Part shown: positions 40,625 through 50,495 of the stretch, one piece after another
Position numbering within the stretch: position 1 is the stretch's first letter
How the letters are laid out: every line of letters starts with the position of its first letter
Origin: a virus
Lineage: Duplodnaviria; Caudoviricetes
DNA: 64,000 bases
Virus record (IMG/VR): IMGVR_UViG_3300042275_000518
Span: 64,001 to 128,000 of that record
Direction: 5' to 3' (one strand)
Notes under the pieces: model-generated
The model's database searches: none
What the model was told of the DNA's origin: nothing
The model's input: the letters and a program-made list of their open reading frames with translations, nothing else
Translations under genes and position numbers: made by a program

Positions 40625-41564
40625 ACCTGGGAATGCTTTAACTAATTTGTAGTAGGTCCAGGATCATAGGAAACCCATGATCTCCGGATCTTTCGATCTA
40701 TTAGAAGTAAGCTAAAAGATAGCCAGGTGTATTAACGAAAGAAAGCCGGTAATTAAATAACTTTTATTCATCCATTTGAGTTTTTAGAAGTAAGTATATT
40801 ATAGCCGGCAATTGTAAATATACAAAATCTGATTGGTTTGATTCCTAGTCAAATTATTTTTCTTAAGTAGAGTGTTAAAAGCATAAATAAGTACACAATC
40901 AGAATTGCATTTATAAAAATAAGGTAATTTCATCACTGAAGTCAATTTAACGGATTGGTGGGGATACCCCCTAGAAGTAAGTAAATTGAATAGCCTTAAT
41001 TTTTAACAAAATAATGCTTGGAAAGTATTTATCTATCTTTACTAATGCTCTACCAGTTGAGCTACATGACCGTGGTCATGGCTGGATTCGAACCAACAAC
41101 CCTTAGTCCCTAATAGAAGTAAGACACAATATAGCCAAGCGTTATAAATATAATTTAAACTGGTAAGTCTATATCCTTTTATCACCCTAATCGCTCGTGT
41201 TACGGAGCGAATGTTGGATTCGAACCAACGATCTTATTAGAAGTATGATATTAGATAGCCAGTATTAAAATCAAATTTTACAGGTAATTTTACAACTATT
41301 ATATTATTGTATTATATTAGAAGTAAGTATATAAATAGCCTGCTTATAATAATCCGGTAAGTATTTGAGATTCAAAAAACGTTGTAATACAAATTGTAGA
41401 ATCTCCGTAGAGATTCCTCTCATCATATTATAAAATAGAAGTAACTCGAGATTTTCTTTATTTTTCAACGCGCCCATCTCTATAGCCGGAATTATAAATA
41501 TATTAAATCCAGGTAATTACATAACTATCTTTTACCAATTAGAAGTAAGTATAGCATAGCCTGG
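40625..41564 (-). ncRNA. tandem array of 8 related small structured RNAs (Y-RNA-like)
   Basis: each unit: terminal stem-GG-CUAU...UACUUCUA-variable insert...UU[A/U/C]-CC-stem; units 40625-40728, 40745-40809, 40920-40998, 41011-41145, 41159-41263, 41281-41342, 41353-41490, 41509-41564. Confidence 0.8.
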
Positions 41565-41576
41565 TTTTTAAACAAA

Positions 41577-41662
41577 TGGTAGGGGTGGGGAGACTTGAAC
41601 TCCCACGAGCCAATGCCCAACGGGTTTTAAGCCCGTCGCGTCTACCATTCCGCCACACCCCC
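41577..41662 (-). tRNA. tRNA-Leu(TAA)
   Basis: cloverleaf, long variable arm, CCA. Confidence 0.95.
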
Positions 41663-41935
41663 ATAAATATTTATATTTATTTGTTTAATAATAAATTAAA
41701 AATTTTTTTCTTTTAAAAAGAATGGAATATTCTCACTTGTTATCCAAGGTGATATTCCGCTTCCATCTCTATTAACCTCCCAATAGAGATCACCTAGGTC
41801 TGTATCTTACTTTCCTCCATACAGAAACTGAGAAACACTGAAATAACCCTTTTAATTTGCAGCTTAAAATGGACTACCAATGTACAACAATAACACCTGC
41901 AAGTATTATCACCGCATTTTTTATTCTCCCTCTTC

Positions 41936-42011
41936 TGGTTGCGGGGGTGAGATTCGAACTCACGACCTTCAGCTTATGAGGCTGACGAGCACTCCGCTGC
42001 TCTACCCCGCA
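41936..42011 (-). tRNA. tRNA-Met(CAT), initiator-like
   Basis: GCGGGGUAGAGCAG...GCUCGUC body typical of fMet tRNA; anticodon stem lacks the three G-C run. Confidence 0.8.
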
Positions 42012-42407
42012 ATATTTATAAGTCAGCCCACCTCTAGACTTACTGCTACGTACCCCATTACCTTTGTACGTGCTCCCATCTTAAATGACAACTCTAGATA
42101 TTTTTCCCTCAAAGACAAATTTTGTGTTGGCCAAACACATTAGAATCATCAACTGCCTTCATTATAAGTCTTCAGCTTGCTCAGCAGTAAAGTTCGCTTG
42201 CACGCAGATATAATATTATATTATATAATTTATCATATATGGCCTCGGAATACTCTTGGCTCTGCGTGGCTAATCCCAAGGTTTTCTGTGTTTTTTTGTG
42301 GTTATTCCTCTTTCGATAATAACCTGCTCTCAAGGGAGCGTTTCTATATTTTGTTTTTAAATATTAGTGGACCACAGATAATCCGTTTGGCCGCCTAAAA
42401 GGCGATA

Positions 42408-42484
42408 TGGTGGATCCTGAAGGGCTCGAACCTTCGACCGCCCGGTTATGGGCCGGATGCTCTGACCAACTGAGCTAAGGATCC
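42408..42484 (-). tRNA. tRNA(CAT), probably Ile2 (lysidine type)
   Basis: body resembles Firmicute tRNA-Ile2; C33. Confidence 0.75.
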
Positions 42485-42629
42485 AATTTAGTAACTCCTA
42501 ATTGCAAAATTATTATATATGTTTAAAAACTGATTTAAAATAAAGATAATCCATTGGATTATCTTTTATTAGAACGAACTTAATAAATACTGTACTGCCT
42601 TCGGCAACTATAGCCACCGCTATAGTATA

Positions 42630-42788
42630 TTATACAATATCAATTTTATTGCGCACTAATAAAAGCTGTCCGAGTTCCCATGCTGTCCCCTCTAAACGAG
42701 GATCAAAATTTTGCGATACGGCTCCGCCAATGACTGCTACATTGTTTTGATAACTTTGTTTTGTTGATAAGAAATTTATTAACATCAT
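42630..42788 (-). CDS. small hypothetical protein (52 aa)
   Basis: AAAGGA RBS, open frame MMLINFLSTK...KIDIV. Confidence 0.4.
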   Translation of the reverse strand: MMLINFLSTKQSYQNNVAVIGGAVSQNFDPRLEGTAWELGQLLLVRNKIDIV

Positions 42789-42986
42789 AACAATCATCCT
42801 TTCTTAGTGCTTATATTAATTTGTTTAATAATTGAAATCATTTTTTAAAATTTTAAAATAACTACTGTCATATAATTATGTTCATTTAATTTTAAACTTT
42901 TAAATTTTAAGGTTCACAATGCTAGAGGTATAATAATATATTTATAGAAACTTCTTTAAAAAATATAACTAGATAATCTAGTTATA

Positions 42987-43175
42987 TTAGTAGTTTTTAT
43001 TGCGTTGACTGTTTCTTTTTGCTTCTTTAATTCTATTTCTTTTTTGGACACCAGGTTTTTCATAGTAATTATGTTTCTTAACATCTTGCATCTTACCAGA
43101 TCTTCTAACCTTTTGATTAAATTGCTTAATTACATCATCAATTGACTGTCCAGGTTGTACTTTTATCTTAGACAA
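42987..43175 (-). CDS. rpsU: ribosomal protein bS21
   Basis: SIDDVIKQF..KV..SG...D.KKH.YYEKPG. Confidence 0.9.
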   Translation of the reverse strand: MSKIKVQPGQSIDDVIKQFNQKVRRSGKMQDVKKHNYYEKPGVQKRNRIKEAKRNSQRNKNY

Positions 43176-43232
43176 AACTTCTCTTCCTTTCTATATCGGA
43201 TTATAATTTATTGTTTAACTAGAACATAAAAG

Positions 43233-44986
43233 AAAAAAGAAGGAATTATTTTCCTTCTTTCTTTAATTCATAAACTAAATTTCCGCAATCCCAAATTCTG
43301 TTATAATTAGTTTGGTCCATTATTTCAAATTCAGTTAATGATGAATCATATAATTCTGGAAATTTTTCTTTTAATAATTGCTTTCTGAAGCCGTACCTAT
43401 GATACCTGTAATTTCTATCAGCATACCAATAATTTGGTTCTGTTTGTCTTTTTAGAACAAATCCAGTCTTTTCATAAATATTTGATTCAATACTCCATCT
43501 TAAATCCGCATACGTTATTATTCTGTCGAATTCATAGTTTCTTAAAAAATGTTTTAGTAACTTACTAAATGCACCTATAACTATTTTGTTTTTGTCAGAT
43601 GCAAATCTAACTAATTCATACATATTTTCTTTTTTTGTATTTTTCCCAATACCACTTCTAGGACGTGAGAATGTCATAACTGAGACCAGTAAATTATTGT
43701 AATATAGACCAAGTCTTACTCCACTTTTATCTTCACCTTGAATATGGTTTTCATTAAGAAATTTATTCTTATCTTTAGTTGATATTTGTTTTATATTACA
43801 TTTTCTAGCATATATTTTACTATTTTTATTCAATTCTAAAATATGTGTTAATTTAGATTTAACTATGTCATTTTTATTTACCCACTCATCTTCAAATATA
43901 TGAATCAACCTAATATTATTTTCTTTGCATTTATTCGTTTTATTTAAATGATATGTTTTGTCTCTACCATTTTTTTCTGAATGCCAATAAAGACCATTAT
44001 ATTCGATTGCGAGTTTTAAATCTGGAAGGTAAATATCTAACTCTATTTCATTATTTAATTTATAGTTATGTTCAATAGTTCCTGAATATATTTCTTTAAT
44101 AAATTCAAGAACTTCTATTTCTTGACCTGATTTATTTTTTAACGCACAGTATGGACACCTATTATTTAAATTTAAAAAATTTCCTGGATTTGCTAAAAAT
44201 ATATTACCACATTCTATATGTTTTATTCTAATAGAAGTTTTGTTATTTTTATAAAATAATTTATCCCTATTAATGATTTCATAATCTTTAGAATCTTTTA
44301 AAGTATCAAATTTTTCTAAAAATTCTTCTTGGATTTTCTTTTGCTTCTTTTCTAGATCCCATGGAAAATCTCGGTACCCACCTTTTGAAAAAATTTGTGG
44401 GTTCTTAATTTTATGAATTGTATTTGTTGGTAAATGCTTAACATTCATTGGTTTTTTCATTCCAGAAAATTCTAATATTTTGTAGTCCTCAATATCATCT
44501 CTTTCAGATTTTTTAATAAAATTTTTTCTAGAATTTTCTATTTTTTTTAAACTTGTTTTTTTAACTGAAATTTCTTTTGGTTCCATTCCATTCATAAAGT
44601 TATTAAGATAAATCTCATAATTCTTATTTTCAAATTCTATTACTATTTTTGTCTTTTTTCTTTTTATAAATTTATAGTTTCTTTTTTCACATTCTTCAAT
44701 AATCATTTTTTCAGATACTCTATTTGATTTTGGATTTAAATATATATAATTTTCAGCTTTAATATTATGTATTTTACCAGTTAATTTATTTTTTATTTTA
44801 ACTTTGGATTGCATCCCATTATCAAATCCAGATATATACAAAAATTCTGGTGGAAGCATTTTTTTAAATTCTTCTAATGTTTTTTTCATATTTTCATCTC
44901 CTTATAACTATAATATATAGTTGAATGAACTTTAATATAAAAAATTACTTGAAAAAATAAAAAAGAAGGAATTATTTTCCTTCTTT
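43233..44986. repeat. 28-bp identical direct repeat (43233-43260 and 44959-44986) flanking an endonuclease gene
   Basis: aaaaaagaaggaattattttccttcttt; encodes KEGK-stop plus a terminator hairpin in both genes. Confidence 0.9.
43246..44889 (-). CDS. Hef-like free-standing homing endonuclease
   Basis: CPYC, ELDIYLPDLKLAIEYNGLYWHS, IFEDEW, YADLRWS, RIWDCG. Confidence 0.8.
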   Translation of the reverse strand: MKKTLEEFKKMLPPEFLYISGFDNGMQSKVKIKNKLTGKIHNIKAENYIYLNPKSNRVSEKMIIEECEKRNYKFIKRKKTKIVIEFENKNYEIYLNNFMNGMEPKEISVKKTSLKKIENSRKNFIKKSERDDIEDYKILEFSGMKKPMNVKHLPTNTIHKIKNPQIFSKGGYRDFPWDLEKKQKKIQEEFLEKFDTLKDSKDYEIINRDKLFYKNNKTSIRIKHIECGNIFLANPGNFLNLNNRCPYCALKNKSGQEIEVLEFIKEIYSGTIEHNYKLNNEIELDIYLPDLKLAIEYNGLYWHSEKNGRDKTYHLNKTNKCKENNIRLIHIFEDEWVNKNDIVKSKLTHILELNKNSKIYARKCNIKQISTKDKNKFLNENHIQGEDKSGVRLGLYYNNLLVSVMTFSRPRSGIGKNTKKENMYELVRFASDKNKIVIGAFSKLLKHFLRNYEFDRIITYADLRWSIESNIYEKTGFVLKRQTEPNYWYADRNYRYHRYGFRKQLLKEKFPELYDSSLTEFEIMDQTNYNRIWDCGNLVYELKKEGK

Positions 44987-46606
44987 TGTTAATTCGAATA
45001 ATGCCATACTTGCTTCCTTGCCAATAGCTCCTATACCACGAGTTGGTTCACCAGATGCTCCAAGAAAATTACCTTTACCTTTAATAAGTTTAGCAGCTTC
45101 TTGATTGGCTTCTTTCGTAAATAAACCTCTCATATACAACATATCACCATCATAGTCACCACCCATTGCTTTTATATAGATATTTCCAGGGATAAGAACG
45201 TTAATAAAGTTATAGTCTGGGCCTTTGCCAGGGTTTGGATCCTCATCAAATTTTATATAAGGATAGTCACTGTAATAAGTAACTTCTTCACTTTGTGGAA
45301 ATAATTTTAGGTAAACAGATCTTGTCTTAGAAGTGCTCATCAATCTTATTTTAACAGGTGTAATATTTTGAAAGTTAATAACAGGATAACGTGTCATATA
45401 AATATGTTTATCTGGTACGATATCTTCAGCAGTTATCATATAGAATAAATCTGTGAGTGTCATATCACGTTCAATATACTTATCATCTTTCAAATTTGGT
45501 TTTAAACCTTTGAAATCACTTCTATATTCATATATTCTAAAGCTCTTTTCAACGGTTTTCCCTTCAGTATTAGTATAAGAATATGTAATAGGTTTAAATC
45601 TTTCAGTCTCAGATTTAATAAATAATTTTATTAATTTTTCAGCATACTTATTATTAAATTGATTCTTACTAATTCTTTCAATATCATAAGAATCTGCAAC
45701 CTCTGCGTATCTCAATAATCCTGACAATATTTCTGTTATTCTACTCACATAAAATGGAATGAATAAAGAAATTACCGTAGCAATAGGGAATGATGCATAT
45801 CCAAAATTAACTGGCATATCTTCTGGTCTATTTGCTTTTGAGATCTCAGGTGCTGTAATAACATTTGAAGAACTGTAATCAATTGTTTTACCTAACATAT
45901 GTTTACGTAGTAAACTATTTTTGCCCTTAATAGGTTTAGTAGTTTCAGTAAATATTTCTAATAATGTATTTTGTATCCTAAGTTTAGTTTGATTACCAAA
46001 TAGCCCAATCCCAAAACTTGATTTCATTGAGTTTGTTCTGTTTATCAAGTCCTTATACATTCTGTTTATCTCTTCACCCATAGTTCTATCTTCTGTACTT
46101 TCTGCACGATAGAATGGCGGAATAACTAACCATTTTGTAATAAAGAACTCATCTTTTTTTAATGATCTTAAAAATTTTAAACGAGTCTTCTTATCGATTG
46201 AATCAATATCCGCCTCTTCAACTTCATCAATCCAGTTTATATTATCATAGTTTTTATATAGGAAATCAAGACCTGTGTCCGCTCCTTTGAAATCTTCGTC
46301 TACAATTGTTATCTTTCCATTAGCAATAACTGCATATTTGTCACCAGCAAGTATATCTCGAATACTTCCCATACGTCCAACCATCATTGAATAGATAAGT
46401 GGGTGAATATAATGACCGTTTAAGTCAATATACCCAAAAATATTTTGTCTTTCTTTATCCGTTACGCCAAATAGTTCATATGAAAATAAACCATCTGCTG
46501 TTGGAGTCTTATCAAAATTAAAGAAGACCGGGTTCTTAACTTGTGGACAATTATTTTCTTTAACAAAATCGTCTATATTAAATAAATCTACCTTCATGCT
46601 GCCCAC
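44972..46606 (-). CDS. multisubunit RNA polymerase beta'-like subunit (catalytic part)
   Basis: DGLFSYELFG, GYIDL, VIPPFYR, LGKTIDY, RYPV, GGDYDGD metal-binding motif. Confidence 0.9.
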   Translation of the reverse strand: MGSMKVDLFNIDDFVKENNCPQVKNPVFFNFDKTPTADGLFSYELFGVTDKERQNIFGYIDLNGHYIHPLIYSMMVGRMGSIRDILAGDKYAVIANGKITIVDEDFKGADTGLDFLYKNYDNINWIDEVEEADIDSIDKKTRLKFLRSLKKDEFFITKWLVIPPFYRAESTEDRTMGEEINRMYKDLINRTNSMKSSFGIGLFGNQTKLRIQNTLLEIFTETTKPIKGKNSLLRKHMLGKTIDYSSSNVITAPEISKANRPEDMPVNFGYASFPIATVISLFIPFYVSRITEILSGLLRYAEVADSYDIERISKNQFNNKYAEKLIKLFIKSETERFKPITYSYTNTEGKTVEKSFRIYEYRSDFKGLKPNLKDDKYIERDMTLTDLFYMITAEDIVPDKHIYMTRYPVINFQNITPVKIRLMSTSKTRSVYLKLFPQSEEVTYYSDYPYIKFDEDPNPGKGPDYNFINVLIPGNIYIKAMGGDYDGDMLYMRGLFTKEANQEAAKLIKGKGNFLGASGEPTRGIGAIGKEASMALFELTKEGK

Positions 46607-46609
46607 CTC

Positions 46610-47023
46610 CTAAATTTCGTATCGTTCATTATTTAAAATATGTATCTCATATTGTAAAGTTTTCTTTTTAGTTTCTTCTCTTTTAACTAGATAGTATTCA
46701 TCATCATTTATTTCTTCGTCTATTTCTCTTGATCGTTCCATTATAACTTCTATCATAATTTTATTTACAATACTATTTGGAACTAGTTTCTTTTTAGTAA
46801 AAATACCAATTTCAGTTGTTTCTGTTAATTTTTTCAAATCTATTAAATCTAAGTCTTTTCTATGACCATATAAATTAATTTCTCTAACATCATTAAGAGA
46901 ACCTTCTCTTAAGATCATTTCAAGTGCGTTAAGATATACCACGGTTGTTAAATTTTTTATCCATTCTGGCTTCATTTTTTTATCTTGTGAGTTAGAAATC
47001 TTTGCATCAAATTTGTTATACAT
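46610..47023 (-). CDS. hypothetical protein
   Basis: 137 aa, late-type promoter upstream. Confidence 0.7.
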   Translation of the reverse strand: MYNKFDAKISNSQDKKMKPEWIKNLTTVVYLNALEMILREGSLNDVREINLYGHRKDLDLIDLKKLTETTEIGIFTKKKLVPNSIVNKIMIEVIMERSREIDEEINDDEYYLVKREETKKKTLQYEIHILNNERYEI

Positions 47024-47117
47024 AATAACACATCCTTTCAGTATATCTTCAATATAAAGAATTGTTCATATAGAAAATTGATTTAGAAATAAAAAAGATA
47101 ATGAATATTCATTATCT

Positions 47118-47729
47118 TTAAAATTCTAATTTCTCCAAAATTTCTTCTGGTATATAATCTTCTTTAACAATATTAGCAAGACCATCCATAACTCTTCTTG
47201 AAACTATGCGTCTATTTCTGTAAATAGTTGCAATTAATTTTATAACTCTCTCGATTGCATAAACTGCATCTTTATATTTCTTTTGGAGTTCTGGGTCATT
47301 TAAGTATTTTCCTTGTCTCTTAAGATTTTTCATTATTAATTGAACTTTTCTTAGTTTGCTTTTCATAGTATTAAATTTTTTAGAATCAAGTGACCTTTGG
47401 ATATTCTGTATGATTGCTTTAGATACAGGTCCTTTGAAACTTCCTTCGCCAAGCCCCATAGAGCTAAATAAACTATTCATTCTTTCTTCATTTTGAAGTA
47501 TTTTTTCTACCTCACCAGATTCGAGCATATATAGCAATTTATCCATTAGTTTATCTAAATTACTTGAAAATAGGAAGTCAATAGCTCTTGAATTTGTCAC
47601 TCCTGAAAGCATAAGTTGTAAATTACTTGGAAGATCTGAATCTTTGATTTCTGCTTTTTCAGTATTTCTCATACTCTCAATAGAAGCATTAATACTATCT
47701 ATCATTTGATCTAGATCTTGTGTTGGCAT
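47118..47729 (-). CDS. hypothetical protein
   Basis: 203-aa ORF. Confidence 0.7.
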   Translation of the reverse strand: MPTQDLDQMIDSINASIESMRNTEKAEIKDSDLPSNLQLMLSGVTNSRAIDFLFSSNLDKLMDKLLYMLESGEVEKILQNEERMNSLFSSMGLGEGSFKGPVSKAIIQNIQRSLDSKKFNTMKSKLRKVQLIMKNLKRQGKYLNDPELQKKYKDAVYAIERVIKLIATIYRNRRIVSRRVMDGLANIVKEDYIPEEILEKLEF

Positions 47730-47730
47730 A

Positions 47731-48603
47731 TTACTTACCTTCTTCTAGACGTTTTAGATTTCTATTTTTTCTTTTCATAAATCTAATCTTTGGTAGCCTT
47801 GGTCCTATTTTACTTTTAACTTGAGTTTCATTCATTTCATTTCTTTCTATAACAATAGGAATTTGATAGGTAAATATGATTGCTAGAACCACTGCAAGTA
47901 TAATTTGGTAAAATAAAAGTGTACCGACAGCTTTAAATTCTCCTTCTTCATTGAAGAATTTACCCATATAGATAGAGAATGTTTCTCCTTCGCCATCATT
48001 ATATTTTTCAATCATAAAGTTAATATTATAAAGAGCCTTATATGCATCTTTATTATACATTTCGATAAAATCTGCTCTTGTTTCTGTATTGTAGCTATTC
48101 ATAATTCCAGCAATATCATAACCGTTTAAATCATCAATATCTTTTTCTGCAATAATAACAATTACATCCTCTGGAATAAAGTCTTTATCGTAGTAAATAT
48201 ACATATCGTTTGCTGTATAAACTGGCGCTACAATTGGCGTTGCTATTTCAGTAACATATGTTACCGCCCAATCGGCCCATTCCATTCCATTTTGCCACCA
48301 TTGCCACTTAAACCATCCGCGAATAGTCATTTTTGGTTCATCAAGATCTTTTAAGATACTAATATTTGTGGACCAAAAACCAGGTGCATCTGAATATACT
48401 ACATCAGTTATTTCTGTTTCTAATAATTGTACCCTTTCTACATCACCATCTGAAGGTAATGCTAAACCCGCCAATACAATATACTGTGCTGCAATAATAA
48501 TTACAAACCACACCATAAATTGAATTGATGTTAAAATTAATTTTGCTATGTTTTTCATAATAGACCTCCTTAAAAATTTTAGTTCATATAAATAATTGTT
48601 CAT
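47731..48603 (-). CDS. membrane protein (true start probably MKNIAK)
   Basis: N- and C-terminal TM helices, basic tail. Confidence 0.7.
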   Translation of the reverse strand: MNNYLYELKFLRRSIMKNIAKLILTSIQFMVWFVIIIAAQYIVLAGLALPSDGDVERVQLLETEITDVVYSDAPGFWSTNISILKDLDEPKMTIRGWFKWQWWQNGMEWADWAVTYVTEIATPIVAPVYTANDMYIYYDKDFIPEDVIVIIAEKDIDDLNGYDIAGIMNSYNTETRADFIEMYNKDAYKALYNINFMIEKYNDGEGETFSIYMGKFFNEEGEFKAVGTLLFYQIILAVVLAIIFTYQIPIVIERNEMNETQVKSKIGPRLPKIRFMKRKNRNLKRLEEGK

Positions 48604-48637
48604 ACAGATATCTTAAAATACAAAAAAAAAGATGATG

Positions 48638-49105
48638 CTAGAACCCTAGGCCATCATCTTTATCATCAAATTTAAATTTCTTTCGTATTTTTAATTCTTT
48701 GGTAAGCTTCAAGACCAAATCTCCTTCAGTGCTTTTAACTAGAACTTTTTCCATGGTAGGCTCTTTCCCAGAAAGCATTTCAAAGAAATCTACTGGGCTC
48801 GGAACCTCTTCATATTCGCCAATAGTAACTGGCCCTATTTTAATTGAATCTGCGTCCATATTGATATCAAATATTTTAATATTGTCAAATGATGTATCTT
48901 TACCTGCAACGAGGGTTCCCATAGCAATAACATCAAAGTATCCGTCGTTTAAATCATCCTTAAAATAAACTTGGTATTCACCAGTACTTAGTTTTTCAAT
49001 TAAATCATAAGTCTTACTTTGTCTTGTTTGTAGCTGTCTTTTTCGCATTTCTAGCCGAGCAATTTCTTGCTCTAACCATCTGATTTCATCTCTATTATCC
49101 TTCAT
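48638..49105 (-). CDS. hypothetical protein with acidic LGF tail
   Basis: ends DDKDDGLGF. Confidence 0.65.
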   Translation of the reverse strand: MKDNRDEIRWLEQEIARLEMRKRQLQTRQSKTYDLIEKLSTGEYQVYFKDDLNDGYFDVIAMGTLVAGKDTSFDNIKIFDINMDADSIKIGPVTIGEYEEVPSPVDFFEMLSGKEPTMEKVLVKSTEGDLVLKLTKELKIRKKFKFDDKDDGLGF

Positions 49106-49114
49106 TTCTAGTTC

Positions 49115-49363
49115 TTAGTGAAAACCAAAACCTGTAATATTAGAAACATAAGTGTCATTTATGTATGCAAATATATAAACAGAGTTTACAGTTCTTACTA
49201 TGATTCCTCCTTCCATAAGGGCTGTTGAATCTACAACTTTACTAGTTGAAAAACCCTTTCCATCTTTGTTTAAAGCTGTTAGAGATTTTTCTACATATAC
49301 ATCAAATTCTTCTTGTAAATGATGAGTCATATTCGGATTCGACGTATAAACTAATTTATACAT
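49115..49363 (-). CDS. hypothetical protein
   Basis: 82 aa coupled to def. Confidence 0.6.
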   Translation of the reverse strand: MYKLVYTSNPNMTHHLQEEFDVYVEKSLTALNKDGKGFSTSKVVDSTALMEGGIIVRTVNSVYIFAYINDTYVSNITGFGFH

Positions 49364-50010
49364 TAGTCTAAATGACCTCCATCAGTTGGAGATACTGGAT
49401 TTCTCAGAACTCCACCACTTGTATCAACATAACCATCCATCATTGGCTCTGCAAATCCTCTGCTATTTGCTGGAATTCTTTCAGACTTATCTATATATAA
49501 GACACCTTGTAAATGGTCATATTCATGTTGGAATACAATTCCTAGATAACCTTCCATTCTAGACATTTTCTTATACTCATAAGTTCCATCTTCAAGATTA
49601 ATTAAATAACCAGTCCAACGAATTTTCTCATGTCTAAATACTTTTTCAGGTTCTCTGTTTGGAAGGGATAGACAACTTTCCCCATCTGTAAGGGCAATCA
49701 TTCTTTTTGATCTTTCTTCAATAACAGGATTTACAACTGCATATACAAATAGATCACCTTCATCATCTGGCATTGCAATTACAAACATTCTCTTATTAAT
49801 TCCAATTTGAACAGCAGATAACCCAACAGCCGATGTATATTTATCGCCATTGTCATCAACTTCCTTAGTTTGACTCTGCATAACAAATGCCGCCATACCT
49901 TGGAGTAGTTCTAGATTTTCTTCTGAGAGAGGTAGTTCAACCTCAATAGATTTTTGTCTTAATCTCTTATCCTCTTTTGGAATAAGGTCCTTCATTGTTA
50001 TAATCTTCAT
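49363..50010 (-). CDS. def: peptide deformylase
   Basis: GLSAVQIG, ESCLS, QHEYDHLQG. Confidence 0.95.
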   Translation of the reverse strand: MKIITMKDLIPKEDKRLRQKSIEVELPLSEENLELLQGMAAFVMQSQTKEVDDNGDKYTSAVGLSAVQIGINKRMFVIAMPDDEGDLFVYAVVNPVIEERSKRMIALTDGESCLSLPNREPEKVFRHEKIRWTGYLINLEDGTYEYKKMSRMEGYLGIVFQHEYDHLQGVLYIDKSERIPANSRGFAEPMMDGYVDTSGGVLRNPVSPTDGGHLD

Positions 50011-50495
50011 TTTGTTTCCTCCCTTAGTATTTTTTCTACAGTTTTGAATATTTCATTCAATTTTTCAATTTCATTATTGGTAAAATCCGAGAGTACGTAA
50101 TCAATTATTTCTCCAGATTCTGGAAAACCAATACCTATTTTAATTCTTTTGAATTCAGTAGTATTTAACTCTGAAATAATAGATTTAATACCATTATGAC
50201 CGCCTGCTGAACCTTTTTCACGGTATCTAATAGCGCCAAAAGGTATGCTGATATCATCATAAATAACTATTAATTTGTCAGTTGATAAACCTAAACTTTC
50301 TAATTTTCGCTTAATTCCTTTTCCTGAACTATTCATCATAGTCTGCGGTTTAAATAATATGAAATCAGTTGTTTCTGAATTTATACCAAAAGATCCTCTA
50401 TTAAGATAATCAAGAAACATAAATCCTGCGTTATGCCTATTTTTTTGATATTCACTTGGATAGTTTCCTAGCCCAACAATAAGATATTTTTTCAT
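50007..50495 (-). CDS. pth: peptidyl-tRNA hydrolase
   Basis: IVGLGN, RHNAGF, KPQTMMNSSG, GSAGGHNGIKS. Confidence 0.95.
   Translation of the reverse strand: MKKYLIVGLGNYPSEYQKNRHNAGFMFLDYLNRGSFGINSETTDFILFKPQTMMNSSGKGIKRKLESLGLSTDKLIVIYDDISIPFGAIRYREKGSAGGHNGIKSIISELNTTEFKRIKIGIGFPESGEIIDYVLSDFTNNEIEKLNEIFKTVEKILREETK

Noticed and set aside
41046-41097. Ordinary or pseudo tRNA gene
   Set aside because: Arms are in permuted order (T before D), there is no anticodon arm or CCA, and it lies inside an array unit.
40625-41564. CRISPR array interpretation of the repeated AGAAGTAAG...ATAGCC motif
   Set aside because: Repeats are not identical, unit lengths vary 56-140 nt, conservation is structural with covarying stems, and no cas genes are in the window.
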